DNA from: Monocercomonoides exilis PA203
Taxonomy: Eukaryota; Protista; Preaxostyla
Assembly: GCA_001643675.2 (NCBI GenBank)
Contig: LSRY02000023.1
Location: 682,001-746,000, forward strand
Length of the DNA: 64,000 nucleotides
Reading direction: 5' to 3'
Shown: positions 42,933 through 54,830 of the stretch, in pieces
How the letters are laid out: every line of letters begins with the position of its first letter
Numbering within the stretch: position 1 is the stretch's first letter
Made by a program: the position numbers and the translations under genes
The notes under the pieces: model-generated
Told to the model about the DNA's origin: nothing
What the model saw: the letters and a program-made list of their open reading frames with translations, nothing else
Database searches by the model: none

Positions 42933-45259
42933 CCATCGGTGGAAAATGCGGTAACTGGTGGAAAATCCGGTTGACCAAGTTATCTGAAAACCAAAAAGAA
43001 TAGAAAATAAGTTGACTATTTTAAAGATAATGAACAAAACGTCTTTCAAAAGCTCAACCCCTGCACAGCTTGAAAGATAGTCACTGCAATCATCGAAAAA
43101 ACTACCAAGTTCCGAAGAAATAAAAAAAGACTTTTGTTGATTAAATAAAAGGAAAGAATTTTATTCTTATGTGAAAATTAAAGCAAATTACTATTCCTTC
43201 ACATATATTAATTCTTGATTGTTAAAAATTGGCTTTCTTTCATTAAAATTCTTATTTATATGATTAATTAAATTTTTGATCAAATGAATAATAATGAAAA
43301 TGACAAAAAAAATATCTTCCAAAGAACTTCACTGGATAATGGCATCATCAGATTACCGAAATCTTTCATCTCCTTCCCAAAAAGTCTTTGAAATCAAAAA
43401 GAAATATGCTGTCACGTGGAAAACAGCTGTGGGATCCAAAGCTATTTCAAATGGAGCATGGGAAAGAGGAATGGCTGATTTGAAAGCAAAACGGCAAGTT
43501 GGCAAAGAAGGCAGACCAGAAATTATTACAAAAAAACAATTGGAAACTGTTGAAAATCAGGTTATTGCACTTTTATCCGAAAAAAAAATAATCCGACTAA
43601 AGGATATTCAAGCAATGGTCTGAAGAATTAGATTATTTTGTTTAATATTTTAATATATTGTAGATACAAGACATTGTGAATTCAGATAGCGAAAGCGAAG
43701 AAATAAGAAATAAAGTCAATTCCAAATATGCGTATGATTTGATAAAAAGAAGTTCAATTTTGAGGACTTCAATTTCCAGGCCGATGGAAATTGCAAAAAT
43801 TAACGCACAATCTCCAGAAGCAATACATTCGTGGTTCGAAAAGTTATCCTCCATCATCACAGCCAATAGAATTAATGAGACTGATATTTACAATTTTGAA
43901 GAATCTTCGGTTCGTGTAGGTGATGGAACAGAAAAACTGGTAGTCTGCCTGAAAAACCAATGCCCTCCTTCCCCATCTTCATTGCCAAAAATGGAAAATG
44001 CAACTATTTGTGTGTGCATTTGCGCAGACGGCTCACATCTTCCTCATATACAAATATACCCTCGAAAAAAAAATTCCACAGGAATTCTCTACTTTTTCTT
44101 CATTCAATGTATCCTATGAGGGGTCTTCATCTGGATGGATATCTGCTGAATTGTTTCAAAGGATAATGACAAAGAAATGGCTTCAATTAATTGCAAATAA
44201 GCAAAAACTCTCATCTTCGAAAAAAGCACTTCTTTTATTGGATAATCACCGAACTCACTTCGATTCAAAAGTGATTACGTTTGCTGAACAAAGAAATATC
44301 ATCGTTGAATTTTTCCCTTCTAACATGACTCACCTTTTGCAACCTTGCGATATCTGTGTGTTTGCAAGGTTCAAACAAGTTCTTCAAAACTCTTTTGCAA
44401 GGCCAACTCAATTTTCAACCTCTTCATGTCGAAAAGCATTGGCAGATGCTTTGCCAGAAGCTTTAACAGCAGCAACAACTCCTTCAGTCATAAGATCTTC
44501 ATTTTCGAATACAGGAGTTTATCCGGTGTCCGCTACTCCTGTGCTGTCAAGGATATGTGGTTCGCTTTCATCTTCTCGAAAGTTCTCATCAAAGTATACT
44601 TCGAATGATATGAAGAAGGATTTATTTGGAGTTTTTTCTCCAAAGGAAAAACGACAACAAAAAGAATAAAGCGATGATAAAAAGACAATTGAAAAGGAGC
44701 CGAAAGAAAAGAAGGAAGAAAATTTAGAAATTAGTAAAGAAAAGGAAAATAAACAAAGGATATTGAAGAAATTAGTTGACGTTAAGAAAAAGAGAATTAG
44801 ATTGAGAAGAGAAAAAATAGATGATGATTATTTGTATGGAAAGGAAATTAGTTATATTTATGATAGGAAAGAGACAAAAAGCATTGAGAACACTTCACAG
44901 CTTTGTTCATGCAAAAGGAGAAAAAAAGATGACGAACTCTATTCAGAAAATCACAGCTGAAAAAAAAAGAAAGGATCATTTTTTGCTGCACATAAATCTT
45001 GTTGCCAGTTTTCGTTTTTTGAAACTCAGCGCCTAATTCTTCATTATCTCATTTCATTTCAAAGAAAAATAATGAAGTTGTGAATAAATAATGTTTTTTT
45101 TTTAATTTAATACAACCAAGTTTCACTCTTACGCTTAAAAAAAACAAAACCCAAATTGTTCAGTGCGAGAGCAAATGAATTTTAAATGTTTTAATGTTCA
45201 ACAATTCGATTCTGCCAACTACCGGATTTTCCACCAGTTACCGCAATTTCCACCGATGG
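42933..45259 (+). mobile_element. pogo-like DNA transposon (2327 bp)
   Basis: 39-bp TIRs CCATCGGTGGAAAWTGCGGTAACTGGTGGAAAATCCGGT with one mismatch; TA TSD. Confidence 0.93.
43294..44669 (+). pseudogene. pogo/DDE_1 transposase with intron 43618-43663 and one homopolymer frameshift
   Basis: YNFEESS, CICADG, SSGWI, LLLDNHRTH, FPSNMTHLLQPCD; one extra A in the A9 run at 44065-44073. Confidence 0.85.
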
Positions 45260-46160
45260 TATTATAATATACTATTTCTGAAAATATTTTTTCATATTTT
45301 TATTTTTGTGAAAAGATCTGGTGTTTTATGTTTTATTTTTTTCGATCAAAGACTTGCTCATATTTTCACGAGCTTTTTGTTCTGAGATTTTTAAGTGTTG
45401 TTATTGTTATTGAACATAACTGCTTTATAATTTTGGTTATTTTTTGTTATTAAACACATCGTTTTTTTATAATTTTTTTCCATTTCACAAAATTTCAATA
45501 AAATTTAAAAAAAATTGTGAAATAAGAGTTGCCATGTTTTTGTTCATTGAAAAATAGTTATCAAACTGACTGATATGTGTATCACCTAAATTTCGAAATG
45601 AAAAAATATGATTTGAAGTTTTAAACACAAATATACGCAAAAACATGTTTTTTTATTAATAATCTCGATCATAAAAAATTAAAGATTTTCTTTTTTTCTG
45701 ATATCCTTCACTTGTTGATAATTTACACACTCACCCTTTTAAATTTATGAAAAAACTCGTTTGCATGAATAATTTCTTTATTTTTTCGAAATATTGCGAA
45801 ATGGAAAAAAATTATAAAAAAACGATGTGTTTAATAACAAAAAATAACCAAAATTATAAAGCAGTTATGTTCAACAACAATAACAACACTTAAAAATCTC
45901 AGAACAAAAAGCTCGTGAAAATATGAGCAAGTCTTTGATCGAAAAAAATAAAACATAAAACACCAGATCTATTCACTAAAATTTCAAAACTTATAAATAT
46001 TGGCATAAGCATAGAATAAGCATACCAAATATTTTTTATTCTTTCGATCATTTTTGTAATATATTGCTTTCTAGGTTTATAAATATTATGTTATAAGTCT
46101 GCGCTTTGCATCCACTTGATAAAATAAAAAATATAATTTTTTTACAGAATCACATTAAAA

Positions 46161-47594
46161 ATGGGTTTGATCACAAAATTTTTGTCGATCAAATATTTTA
46201 TGTCTTGGAAAAAACCATTCAAAAAGGAATGCCATACCCTGTATGAAACATTTTCATCTGAAGAATCATCTTGGAAATGGATACAACAATATTTTCCTAA
46301 TGTTTTTGCATTTTGCCAACACTGCAAAAAAGTCAAATATATCTGTAAAGGAAGGGGACATTCAATATTCTTGAAGTGCCCAAAGTGCAAGAAAAGTGTT
46401 TCCTGCTTTAAAAATACAACTATGGAGTCTTCATAATTGCCTATTTCCACTGTGATGATGATTCTTTTGATATTTTGGCTTGAAATCAAAGATTGGCAAA
46501 TTAGCATGATGCTAAATGTGTCTCAAATGACGATTGGGTACTGGACAAGTGTTGCAAGGTCTACAGCGTTAAATTACTTAAATTACAGAAATGAAAAAAT
46601 TGGAGGGGCAGGCAAAATAGAAGAAATTGATGAAGCAGCATGGAGGAGACGGAAATACAAAAAAGGTTTTAACATCGAATATATATTTTGTTTTCATTAA
46701 TATTTATTTATTTGTTGTGAAAATAACTTTTTTTTGAATTAGGAAAGCAGGGAAATTTGATGTGGATATTTGGAGCGGTCGAACGAAAAGGCGAAGAAGA
46801 ATAAGGAAAAAAATTTGTGGTCATTGTGCCTTATCGAAAAAAAGAGACATTAATCCCTATTATTAAAAATAGAATCAAAGAAGGAACAACAATAATCAGC
46901 GACGAGTGGAAAGCATTCTCTTGCTTAGGAGGAATTAGTTACACACACCAAACTGTCAGCCGCAAATGTAACTACGTTGATACTGTTACGAAAGCCAATA
47001 CGAATTCTACAGAAGGAATGTGGGCACATTTGCGATCATTTCACCCAAGATATGGGTGATTCTTTTTGAAAAGTCACAAATGTTAAATTTTCAAATAAAT
47101 CAAAAATTTCATATTTTGCTTATATTTTTGTTAGCATGCACCAAACTTCTTTATTATAAAATCTATTTCTGGATAATACCATTTCAAACATTCTTGAGGA
47201 GATTCGTGAGTGAAAGCAGATATTTGAGCAAACTATGAAATTTTTGATTTATTTGAAAATTAAACATTTGTGACTTTTCAAAAAAAATCACCCATATGGA
47301 GTGAGAGAGCGATTTATTCCTGGAGTGCTTGCGACATTCATTGTTAAAAAATTAGTTTCACTTTCTGACGGAGAATTCATTGAAAAAGTTATCAATTTTC
47401 AATCTGAAGATGAATTTGAACTGGAAATCGATGATGACGAAGTTGATGAAAACGAAGAAATTCCTGATATAAATGACATTTCAGGAATTAGAGACGAAGA
47501 GGATACCGAAGAAGAACTTTTAAAATCAGAAAGCGAGGATTCAGATCCTTTTGGAGCTGGAACAGGAGAAGATTCCTCGGAATTTGAACCATAA
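46161..47594 (+). pseudogene. Merlin transposase pseudogene with intron 46666-46742 and a MITE insertion
   Basis: EEIDEAAWRRRKY, WIFGAVER, IISDEW, NTNSTEGMW; in-frame stops. Confidence 0.88.
47054..47293. mobile_element. MITE, 240 bp, GGG...CCC termini, ATAT TSD
   Basis: Removing it plus one ATAT restores the host frame HPRY-GVRE. Confidence 0.93.
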
Positions 47595-49338
47595 ATAATA
47601 TTTTTTATAAATTTTTTGCGAAAATAATTTTTGATCTTTTTTCACCCACATCGCTTTTCGCAAGATGTTACGAAGTGAATATTAACAGAATCATAAAACG
47701 GAACTTCCGTTGTTATTATTTTGTGAATTTTTTTGGTTCGCGTTTTGTATGTTTATGACAAAATATTTTCTGGATTAGCTTATTATTAAATATTCAAAAA
47801 TTTCTATTATTTTTTTTTTCTCAAAGTGCTCTGGAGAGCCAGAAAATTTAGGACCCAATAAAAAAATGGGGATATGATAAATTTCTGAACCTAAAAACAT
47901 TGAATGAACGATTATTTCAAAAAAATATTTATTTTTGTCGATTTGTAATAAAAGAAATCAGAAAGTGGAACTAATTGATGGAAAACTCTTCAATTAATTG
48001 GACATTCCTAGGTTTTGTCCCTTTCCCGGGTTTTTTCCATGACTATGTTTGATGATATTCTCATTTTTGTTTTTCATCCGAAAGAAATGAAATTAAAGCT
48101 TTTAATGGCTGAGACATTTGCATTTTCTTTCTTCAAATTGTTATTTCAAAAATTACCCATAATTTAAACAAATATATGTGGAAAAATTATTTAAATTATG
48201 TAAAAAATCAAGTTTTGTTCCAAACTTATTCCACATTCATATAACAATGCACATAACATTATTATGCAAAAAAATATTTGAAACGAAATCCATAATTATT
48301 ATTAATTTTTATTTTTGGATACAAGCTCGATATTTGAGGAAATAACCAAAGCAAATGAGTGAAAGGCTATAATTAGAATATTGTTTGCATAATAATATTA
48401 TTTGAACAGGCGAAGAAGTTTCATTGAATTTTCGATGCTTCTTTTATTGATTTCATATTAACTGTTACAATTTGTGTTTATTATTGAAAAAGAATGTGGA
48501 AAATTTGTTCTATTAAACTGAAAATTGGATGAAGACACAGTTGCATGAAGATTTGTTGGATTCTCAAAAATTTCAAGTTAAAATTAAAAGAAGAAGAAAA
48601 ATCACTGTCTGAATGGAAATAGCTTCCTTTCTTTCTTGGTCATTATCTTATTTATTTTCCTCTTCCTCTTTCTCCAATTCTTTTCACTCTTTTCAAACAT
48701 ATCCGTCTCTCTCCTCTAAATTCCGTGTTATTTGTTAACTTTTGTTTATTATCATCGAGTAGTCTGCATTTTCCGTCATCTTCTCCATCCTCGCATCAAT
48801 CTCAATCATCGCTGCGCAGTCGGCTAGGTTCTGCACAAAAGATTTCTGCTTTTTGATGATTGTGTTGGAAGGAATTTGCGTTCTCTTTAATGGAGTGTGT
48901 GCTGTTGTGACAGCGAAGCACGATTGGCTCGACTGAGAAATGGCAAGTACTTCTTATTCACTTTTTGGCTGAGGGATAGGTGAAGTGCGCGAATGCATGG
49001 AATGAGAAAGGGCTGTTGAAGGATGAAATAAAAGACATCAAGAGTGGAAGAATAATGAAATTTAGGTTTAAACAAAAAGGTTTGTTATTTTTTGATTGAA
49101 TTTGTTTTTTTTAACAATTATTTTTCTAAAAAGAAATAGTTTTTCGACTTCATTCAATGCTCATTCATTTTTTATGCATTGGCGTAGTCATTTCCATCTT
49201 CTAAACTTCTTTCTCTTCGTCATCTTTGACATTTTCTTCATCAAAGTTAGCACAACACATAATCCAATCCACAACATTCTCCCAATGCAACACTTCATCA
49301 AGCAGCATCATCTGCAACTTGGCTTTTGACTCTTCTTT

Positions 49339-50121
49339 TCAAGCACACTTCTGCTCCCCTGTCACTTCTCTCCTTTCTCCCTGTCTTCCCTCTCTCTGTG
49401 ATATCTGCCTTTGCAGAATGCACTTGTTCTTCACATACCAGTCCAGCACCACTATTTGATGTGTTTGTGGAGCATGTCTCACTCCAATAAACAGATAAGA
49501 AGAACGACAAAATAATATAGCTGCTAATTCCACTTGCCCATACAACACAATGAAACATCCTTGTGCTGTTTGCAGCGGAAAAGATGGCGTTTCGGAAGAA
49601 GAAGGAGGAGAAGGAGAAGAAGAGGAGGAGGAGGAGGAGGAGGATGATGATGATGTTGTTGATGATGAAGCACTTGAGGAATGAGAGTGTTTCTGCTGTG
49701 CCACCGTTTGTTGACTAACAATTGCTGTCTCAGTTGTTTCTCTGGCTGCATCTGGAAAGCAGATGAATGCCTTCTCAGTGAGGATTACATCGGCATCACA
49801 CACCTCCGCCAGCAGCCGAAAGACCGACGATAGCAGCACCTCGTCTCTCGTTGCATGGAACAGGAGCATCTTTGTGGTGTTGCATGCTCTCAGCAGTAGA
49901 GAGGCAGACTTCTCCTTCACCGTCACTGAACGCACCAGTGCAGACAGTGCTTGAGCAGCCGATGCGAGGACAATAGGAGACGAGTCGTGCATTACAGTGA
50001 AGAGGAGCGCTTCGAGCACGCCCCGCGCAACAAGTCCCAGACACTTAGAAGGCGTTGTGAAGGAGAACACTTTGTATCGTATCGATGACAGCTGTGCTGC
50101 TGCAATAGAAGAAAATGCCAT
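49339..50121 (-). CDS. Fragment of a host helical (ARM/HEAT-like) hypothetical protein
   Basis: 260-aa ORF with amphipathic LVARGVLEALL...VLASAAQALSALV pattern; flanks are fragmentary. Confidence 0.35.
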   Translation of the reverse strand: MAFSSIAAAQLSSIRYKVFSFTTPSKCLGLVARGVLEALLFTVMHDSSPIVLASAAQALSALVRSVTVKEKSASLLLRACNTTKMLLFHATRDEVLLSSVFRLLAEVCDADVILTEKAFICFPDAARETTETAIVSQQTVAQQKHSHSSSASSSTTSSSSSSSSSSSSSPSPPSSSETPSFPLQTAQGCFIVLYGQVELAAILFCRSSYLFIGVRHAPQTHQIVVLDWYVKNKCILQRQISQREGRQGERREVTGEQKCA

Positions 50122-51504
50122 TTCTTTCTCTCCTTTTTTGTTTAGCTGCAGTCTGCTGTCTTGTTGAGAAGAAGGATGATGCGAAAGAGAAGAAGAAGGA
50201 GAAGAAGAAGAGGAGGAAGGAGAGGAAGGAGAGGAAGGAGTGGGAAGATGGAAATGACATCAGTGAAAAGTGTGTCAACTGCTGGTAACACCACAAACAC
50301 CACAATATAAAGCATGTCGGCTTCCGCTGTGTGCAGTGTGCATAAATCGACATCACTCCAAAAGATTGGCAATGCTGCATTTCCCTCTCGTCCTGATCCA
50401 TTGCGCTATCTGGATGCACTTTCTGAGCCTGCGAAAGCTGTCAACACATCCACACATTCCCTTTCACATTTTCAGTCTTCTTCTATCTCTCCTGTGTAGC
50501 TTTCATCACCGGTGTCTCTAATGTCTCTAATGTCTCTAATGTCTCCAGTGTCGCCTGTGTCGTTGCGCTCTCCTCCGTTTTCTCCTTCGCCTTCATCACC
50601 GACATCATCCCTTCCATCCACAGCTCTTCTGGGTTCATAGCATTATTTATATTCCTCCTTTTTCCCCTCTCATTCGTCTCCTTTGTGTTCTTCATCTTCT
50701 TCTGCTGTTGCTGCAATTTCTCCATATCTCCTTCTTCAGGCTTGCCTTTTGAATCATCATCTTCTTTTCCCTCTTCTCTTGCCTTCTAGCACTTGTCCAT
50801 CTTCCTCGACGTTTTCTCAGCCGCAGTGCAGCTGAAAATCTTTTATCTCTCTTTCGTGCTCTTCTCAGATTATCAGTCCCAATTTCTGTTGTTGTTTCGA
50901 CCAATACTCGTTTCAATGCCCATCTCATCCTTCTCGCCAGTGAAGCTGCCTCCTTGTTTTGTGCTGTTGTGACGAATTACTCAGCAGACTCGCTCTCTTC
51001 TCACATCTATGCTAATGAAACTGATAATAGCAATAGAAATTGTGAAGATAATAGAAGCCCTTATGCAAGTGATAATGAAAGTGGATCAAGTGATTCTGCA
51101 AATAGCGGAAAAATCAACAATAGCAGTATTGAAAGCAGTGGGAGAGGAATAGGAGTGGGAATGGGGAATGGACAAGACATCTTCTGTTTTCAATCTTCTG
51201 GTGCTTCTTTGCAGGCTAGTGCAATTTTGTCTGGAGAACAGCAAGATTCTTGTGAGAATTTGACAATCGAGAAAATATACAAACATGAGAAATAATAATC
51301 TTTCATCGACACTCATTTTTAATGAATAGAACGCATTATTAAATTTTTGTTTTTAATTTTTTGATTGACATTTCAGAAAAACATCATTCATGAACATGCA
51401 AATCTCTTTATTTTGAACATTAAAAAAAGAGGACTAATGAATTATTCAAAGATGAATGAAGTGAAAAGGCAAAAAAAAAAATAATCAATAAACTATATTC
51501 TTAT

Positions 51505-52260
51505 TCAAACACGAACAAACAATGCTCCAATTATTATTAACAAAAAATTTTCCACAAATTCCCCCTTGTTAATGTAACAGCGCAATCCGATGATGCAATC
51601 CTCGTATCCATCTTCTTCCATCTTTTCAAGCGCTTTCCTTTTCATCTCTTTTCTTTTCGCTTCTTCCATTTCATCTTTCTCCTTAACTTTAAATCTCCAA
51701 TAAAACTTCTGAAAAAATGTGAAGCATTCATATGCTATCTTGTCATCCAATGTTGGCTGCCGAATCTCCTCCAAAACAGTATCAACAGCTCCTCCTTTCA
51801 ACAAGTCTTCATCTTTCACAACTCTTCTTTCTGTTGCTTTTCTTAAAGATAGAGAATATTATACACTAATTTTTCTGTGATTATCATTGGATGCTCGAAG
51901 CACTTGAGTAATGCTGCTTCAAAGCCTTATAAATTCTTTGTTCCACATTGCACAAGAGAGAAAATAATGTTCCAAGGTTCGTAGCCATCTCAATATAATA
52001 AGCCTTTTTCTCACTTCTTTTCCTATTTTTTCCTATTTATTCTTTCTCTCTCTCTCTCTTCAAATCCACATTTCTTGTCAACTCTTCAAATTCTCTCTTA
52101 ACTTCTCTCACATAATACATTTCATTCACTATCGCTTATTTACGTTCTTTTTCAAAAGATGGTGTGTGTATCAAAAATTGTCAAACAGACTGGGATCTAA
52201 GTCATGTTAAGTTGTGATGCTCCTGATGGTATTGGATGATAACTGTCGTCTTATTGAAAA
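51505..52260 (-). pseudogene. C-terminal fragment of an expanded oxymonad-type hypothetical gene family
   Basis: GAVDTVLEEI...EEAKRKEMKRKALEKMEEDGYED resembles, from memory, a large Monocercomonoides family; upstream part is broken. Confidence 0.45.
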
Positions 52261-52334
52261 ACATCCTTTTTCTATTAACAATATGAAAATTCATAATAGA
52301 TAAATTAATTTATTCATTAGTTAATAAAATAAAT

Positions 52335-52596
52335 GGGTGATTATTTTTGAAATAATTATTTTTCAATGTTTTTTTTCGGATGCATGAGAATTACGAAACA
52401 ACATTCTTAATCAATAAAAACCAAGATGTTAAAACAAAAATCTGTATTTTTACTTCATATTTGCAAAAATAAAAAGTGCTAGTAATTTTCAATTACAATT
52501 AATGATCGCAAAATAAATAATACATTTAATCCAATAAAATGATTTTTTATTGATGTTTTTTTCAGCAAGGAGATACTATTTTCAAAGGAGTCATCT
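52335..52596. mobile_element. Degenerate GGGTGA-ended MITE
   Basis: Starts GGGTGATTATTTTTGAAA; possible right end TTTTCAAAGGAGTCATCT. Confidence 0.4.
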
Positions 52597-53699
52597 CTAT
52601 CAGAGCACATTGAATTTATATTTTTGAGGTAACTGTTTAGGAAACAGTCTAAGCAAATATTGTCTAACTTTTCGAAAAATTACATTTCAGAATGGTTTTC
52701 AAATGTTTTTGCTTCTTTTAAGCAATTTCAATATACAACGAACAAATATGAATTGAAAGATATCTCTTTCTATTTTTTTGTTGTTCAAAAATTGTTATTT
52801 ATCGAAGTTTCGAGAAATAGTAACAAAAACACATGCATGAACACAAACAGCTTTTTTCATATAAATTGATTTGAAAATAATGAATAAAACTTAACGAGTT
52901 TTTCACTAAATTTAATAAAATTTGAGTTTAGAAAAAGTGAGTAATGATTTGAAAGTTATTATTTGAATTGACAAAAATGTAACTTCAAAAGCAATAGCTT
53001 TTGTTAAAGATTTATTGTGAATTCGTCGTATCAAAAATTATATAATTTTATGGAAAGATAAAAAGAGTGACGGAAATTTAAAGAAAGAAAAAGAATTTGT
53101 TTTATTTGTTCAAGATAAATATTTAACACACATATGTTGTCCTTTCACAAATTTCACACTCATCAACACCTATTTATAAATAAGCTTCCTCAGCGTAATC
53201 CTTCTTGTTGATTGCGCATTCTTTATCACTTGAAAGCATTATTTGCTTTCACAATTTTCTCCTCCACCTACCACATCCAAACACCTTCCCTCAGCAACAA
53301 CCACAACCACCTCTGCCCCCTCATCCTCTCTGCCCGTGCCTTTCTCTCCCTCACCAACTTCACCCTCACAACACCTCAACCATGCATCTTCTCTTTCCCC
53401 CTTTTTTCCACCCCAGACAATCTCCTCCCAGATTCCCACTCCCCAGTCTCTGCATCCTTCTCCATCTCCCACTCCTCATTCTCCTCCTTCATCTCCCTCA
53501 TCCAGCCATTCCTTTTTTCTCCTTCTTCCCTCTCTTCCCCTTCCCCTTCTCCATCTCCTTCCCTTTCTCCTTCTCCTTCATCTTTCTCATCCTCTTCCCC
53601 TTCTTCCTCTTCCACCAACACCAACTCCAATTCAATCCCCTCTTTCTCTCTTCACTCATACCTCTCCATCCACTCAACCACCTTCCTCCACCCATAACC

Positions 53700-54830
53700 C
53701 CATTGACGGATCCATCCTCCCAAACGTCAACAGCCCATCCACTTCTCTCACTGCCTTCAACGCCTCTTTTCTTCACCAAACACGCTCTTCTCCTAATGCT
53801 GCTGTTGTTCATGTTGGAACTGAATCTCAAAGAGCGAAACCTGGAAGGTTGTCTTCATTCGATGCAAGTAGCCATCGCTTCGAATGGTGTAAATGGAATG
53901 ATTCAAGAAGCGGAGGTGGTAATGGAGATGCGCTTTATGTTTATTGGGCAAATGCAAACATCACAATCACTTCATGTTTGTTTTTCAATTGTTCAACAAG
54001 CGATCATGGAGGAGTTGAATTGTCACAGTTTGTCAAAAATTAATTTTGAAAAATCTAATTTCACAAGTTGTTCTGCTTTGCATGGAGGAGCTGCTTATTT
54101 ATATTGCAATCAACCTTATTCTGTTTGAACATTCTCAGAAAACAGAGTGATAAATTTCTCAATAACATATTGGCGTGGAACTGGTTGGATTTTTGCTATC
54201 AGCATCTTATCTTCAAACGGTCAATTCTTGTTCACTAAATGCAAGCGCATCTCAAATACTGGATGAGATTCAACCGGCTAACTCACATTTCGCTGGCCTC
54301 CACAAAATAAACCAAATCAATTTTTGGTTAATGATTGTCAGTTTATCAATAAAAAACTGACTGGTTTTTCGACATATGGAGAAGCTGCAATTTGCTTTTA
54401 TCCTCCTTATTCCTGGATGAATAGTATAAAATTCATCACATTCTGCTTTTTCGATGGCAACACTGCAACAAATGGTAGCGGGAATGATGTGTTCTTCAGT
54501 GGTAATGCTATTACCCAATCCCCATCCCAGCAATGTGGATCAACAACAGAATCAAAAAGAGTGTGGAATGCAGAAACTGTTGATGATGCGATGTTCAACA
54601 GTTGGCTTCCAATCATCTCCCAAAATAAAATAGTTGCAAATGGTGGAAGTGATGTCGATGCATGTGGTAAAACACAGCAAAGCCCATGTGCCACAGTGGA
54701 GTATGCTCTCGGACGCGTTGCTTCCTTCAGCGATGCCTCCCTCTCTTTTCTCGTCTCCATTTTCACTCCCACAAAAACTCTCACATTTAATGCGGTTGAC
54801 ACTGAAATCACTGGAAAAGATGAATTTTTT
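53700..54830 (+). pseudogene. Parallel beta-helix (GGA-repeat, Pmp/pectin-lyase-like) surface-protein family fragment
   Basis: ITSCLFFNCS.SDHGG, FTSCSALHGGAAY, FCFFDGNTA.NGSGNDVF, DVDACG...PCATVEYAL; frameshifted. Confidence 0.6.

Larger units (their letters stand above)
46002..47759 (+). mobile_element. Merlin element, decayed
   Basis: Ends GGCATAAGCATAG / inverse GTCATAAACATAC; near-TSD TAAATATT/AAAATATT. Confidence 0.75.
42829..47891. mobile_element. Non-coding foldback element with about 330-bp TIRs, both arms interrupted by insertions
   Basis: Left arm 42829-42932 plus 45260-45488 is the inverse of right arm 45796-46001 plus 47768-47891; ends GGGTCAGAAATTTATC / GATAAATTTCTGAACC; TSD not resolved. 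Confidence 0.75.
40761..48045 (+). mobile_element. Old pogo-like element (outer shell of the nest)
   Basis: About 45-bp degenerate TIRs TAGTCATGGACAAAACCTGGGGAAGGGACAAAA (40761) and its inverse ending at 48045; TA on the left flank, TG on the right. Confidence 0.7.
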
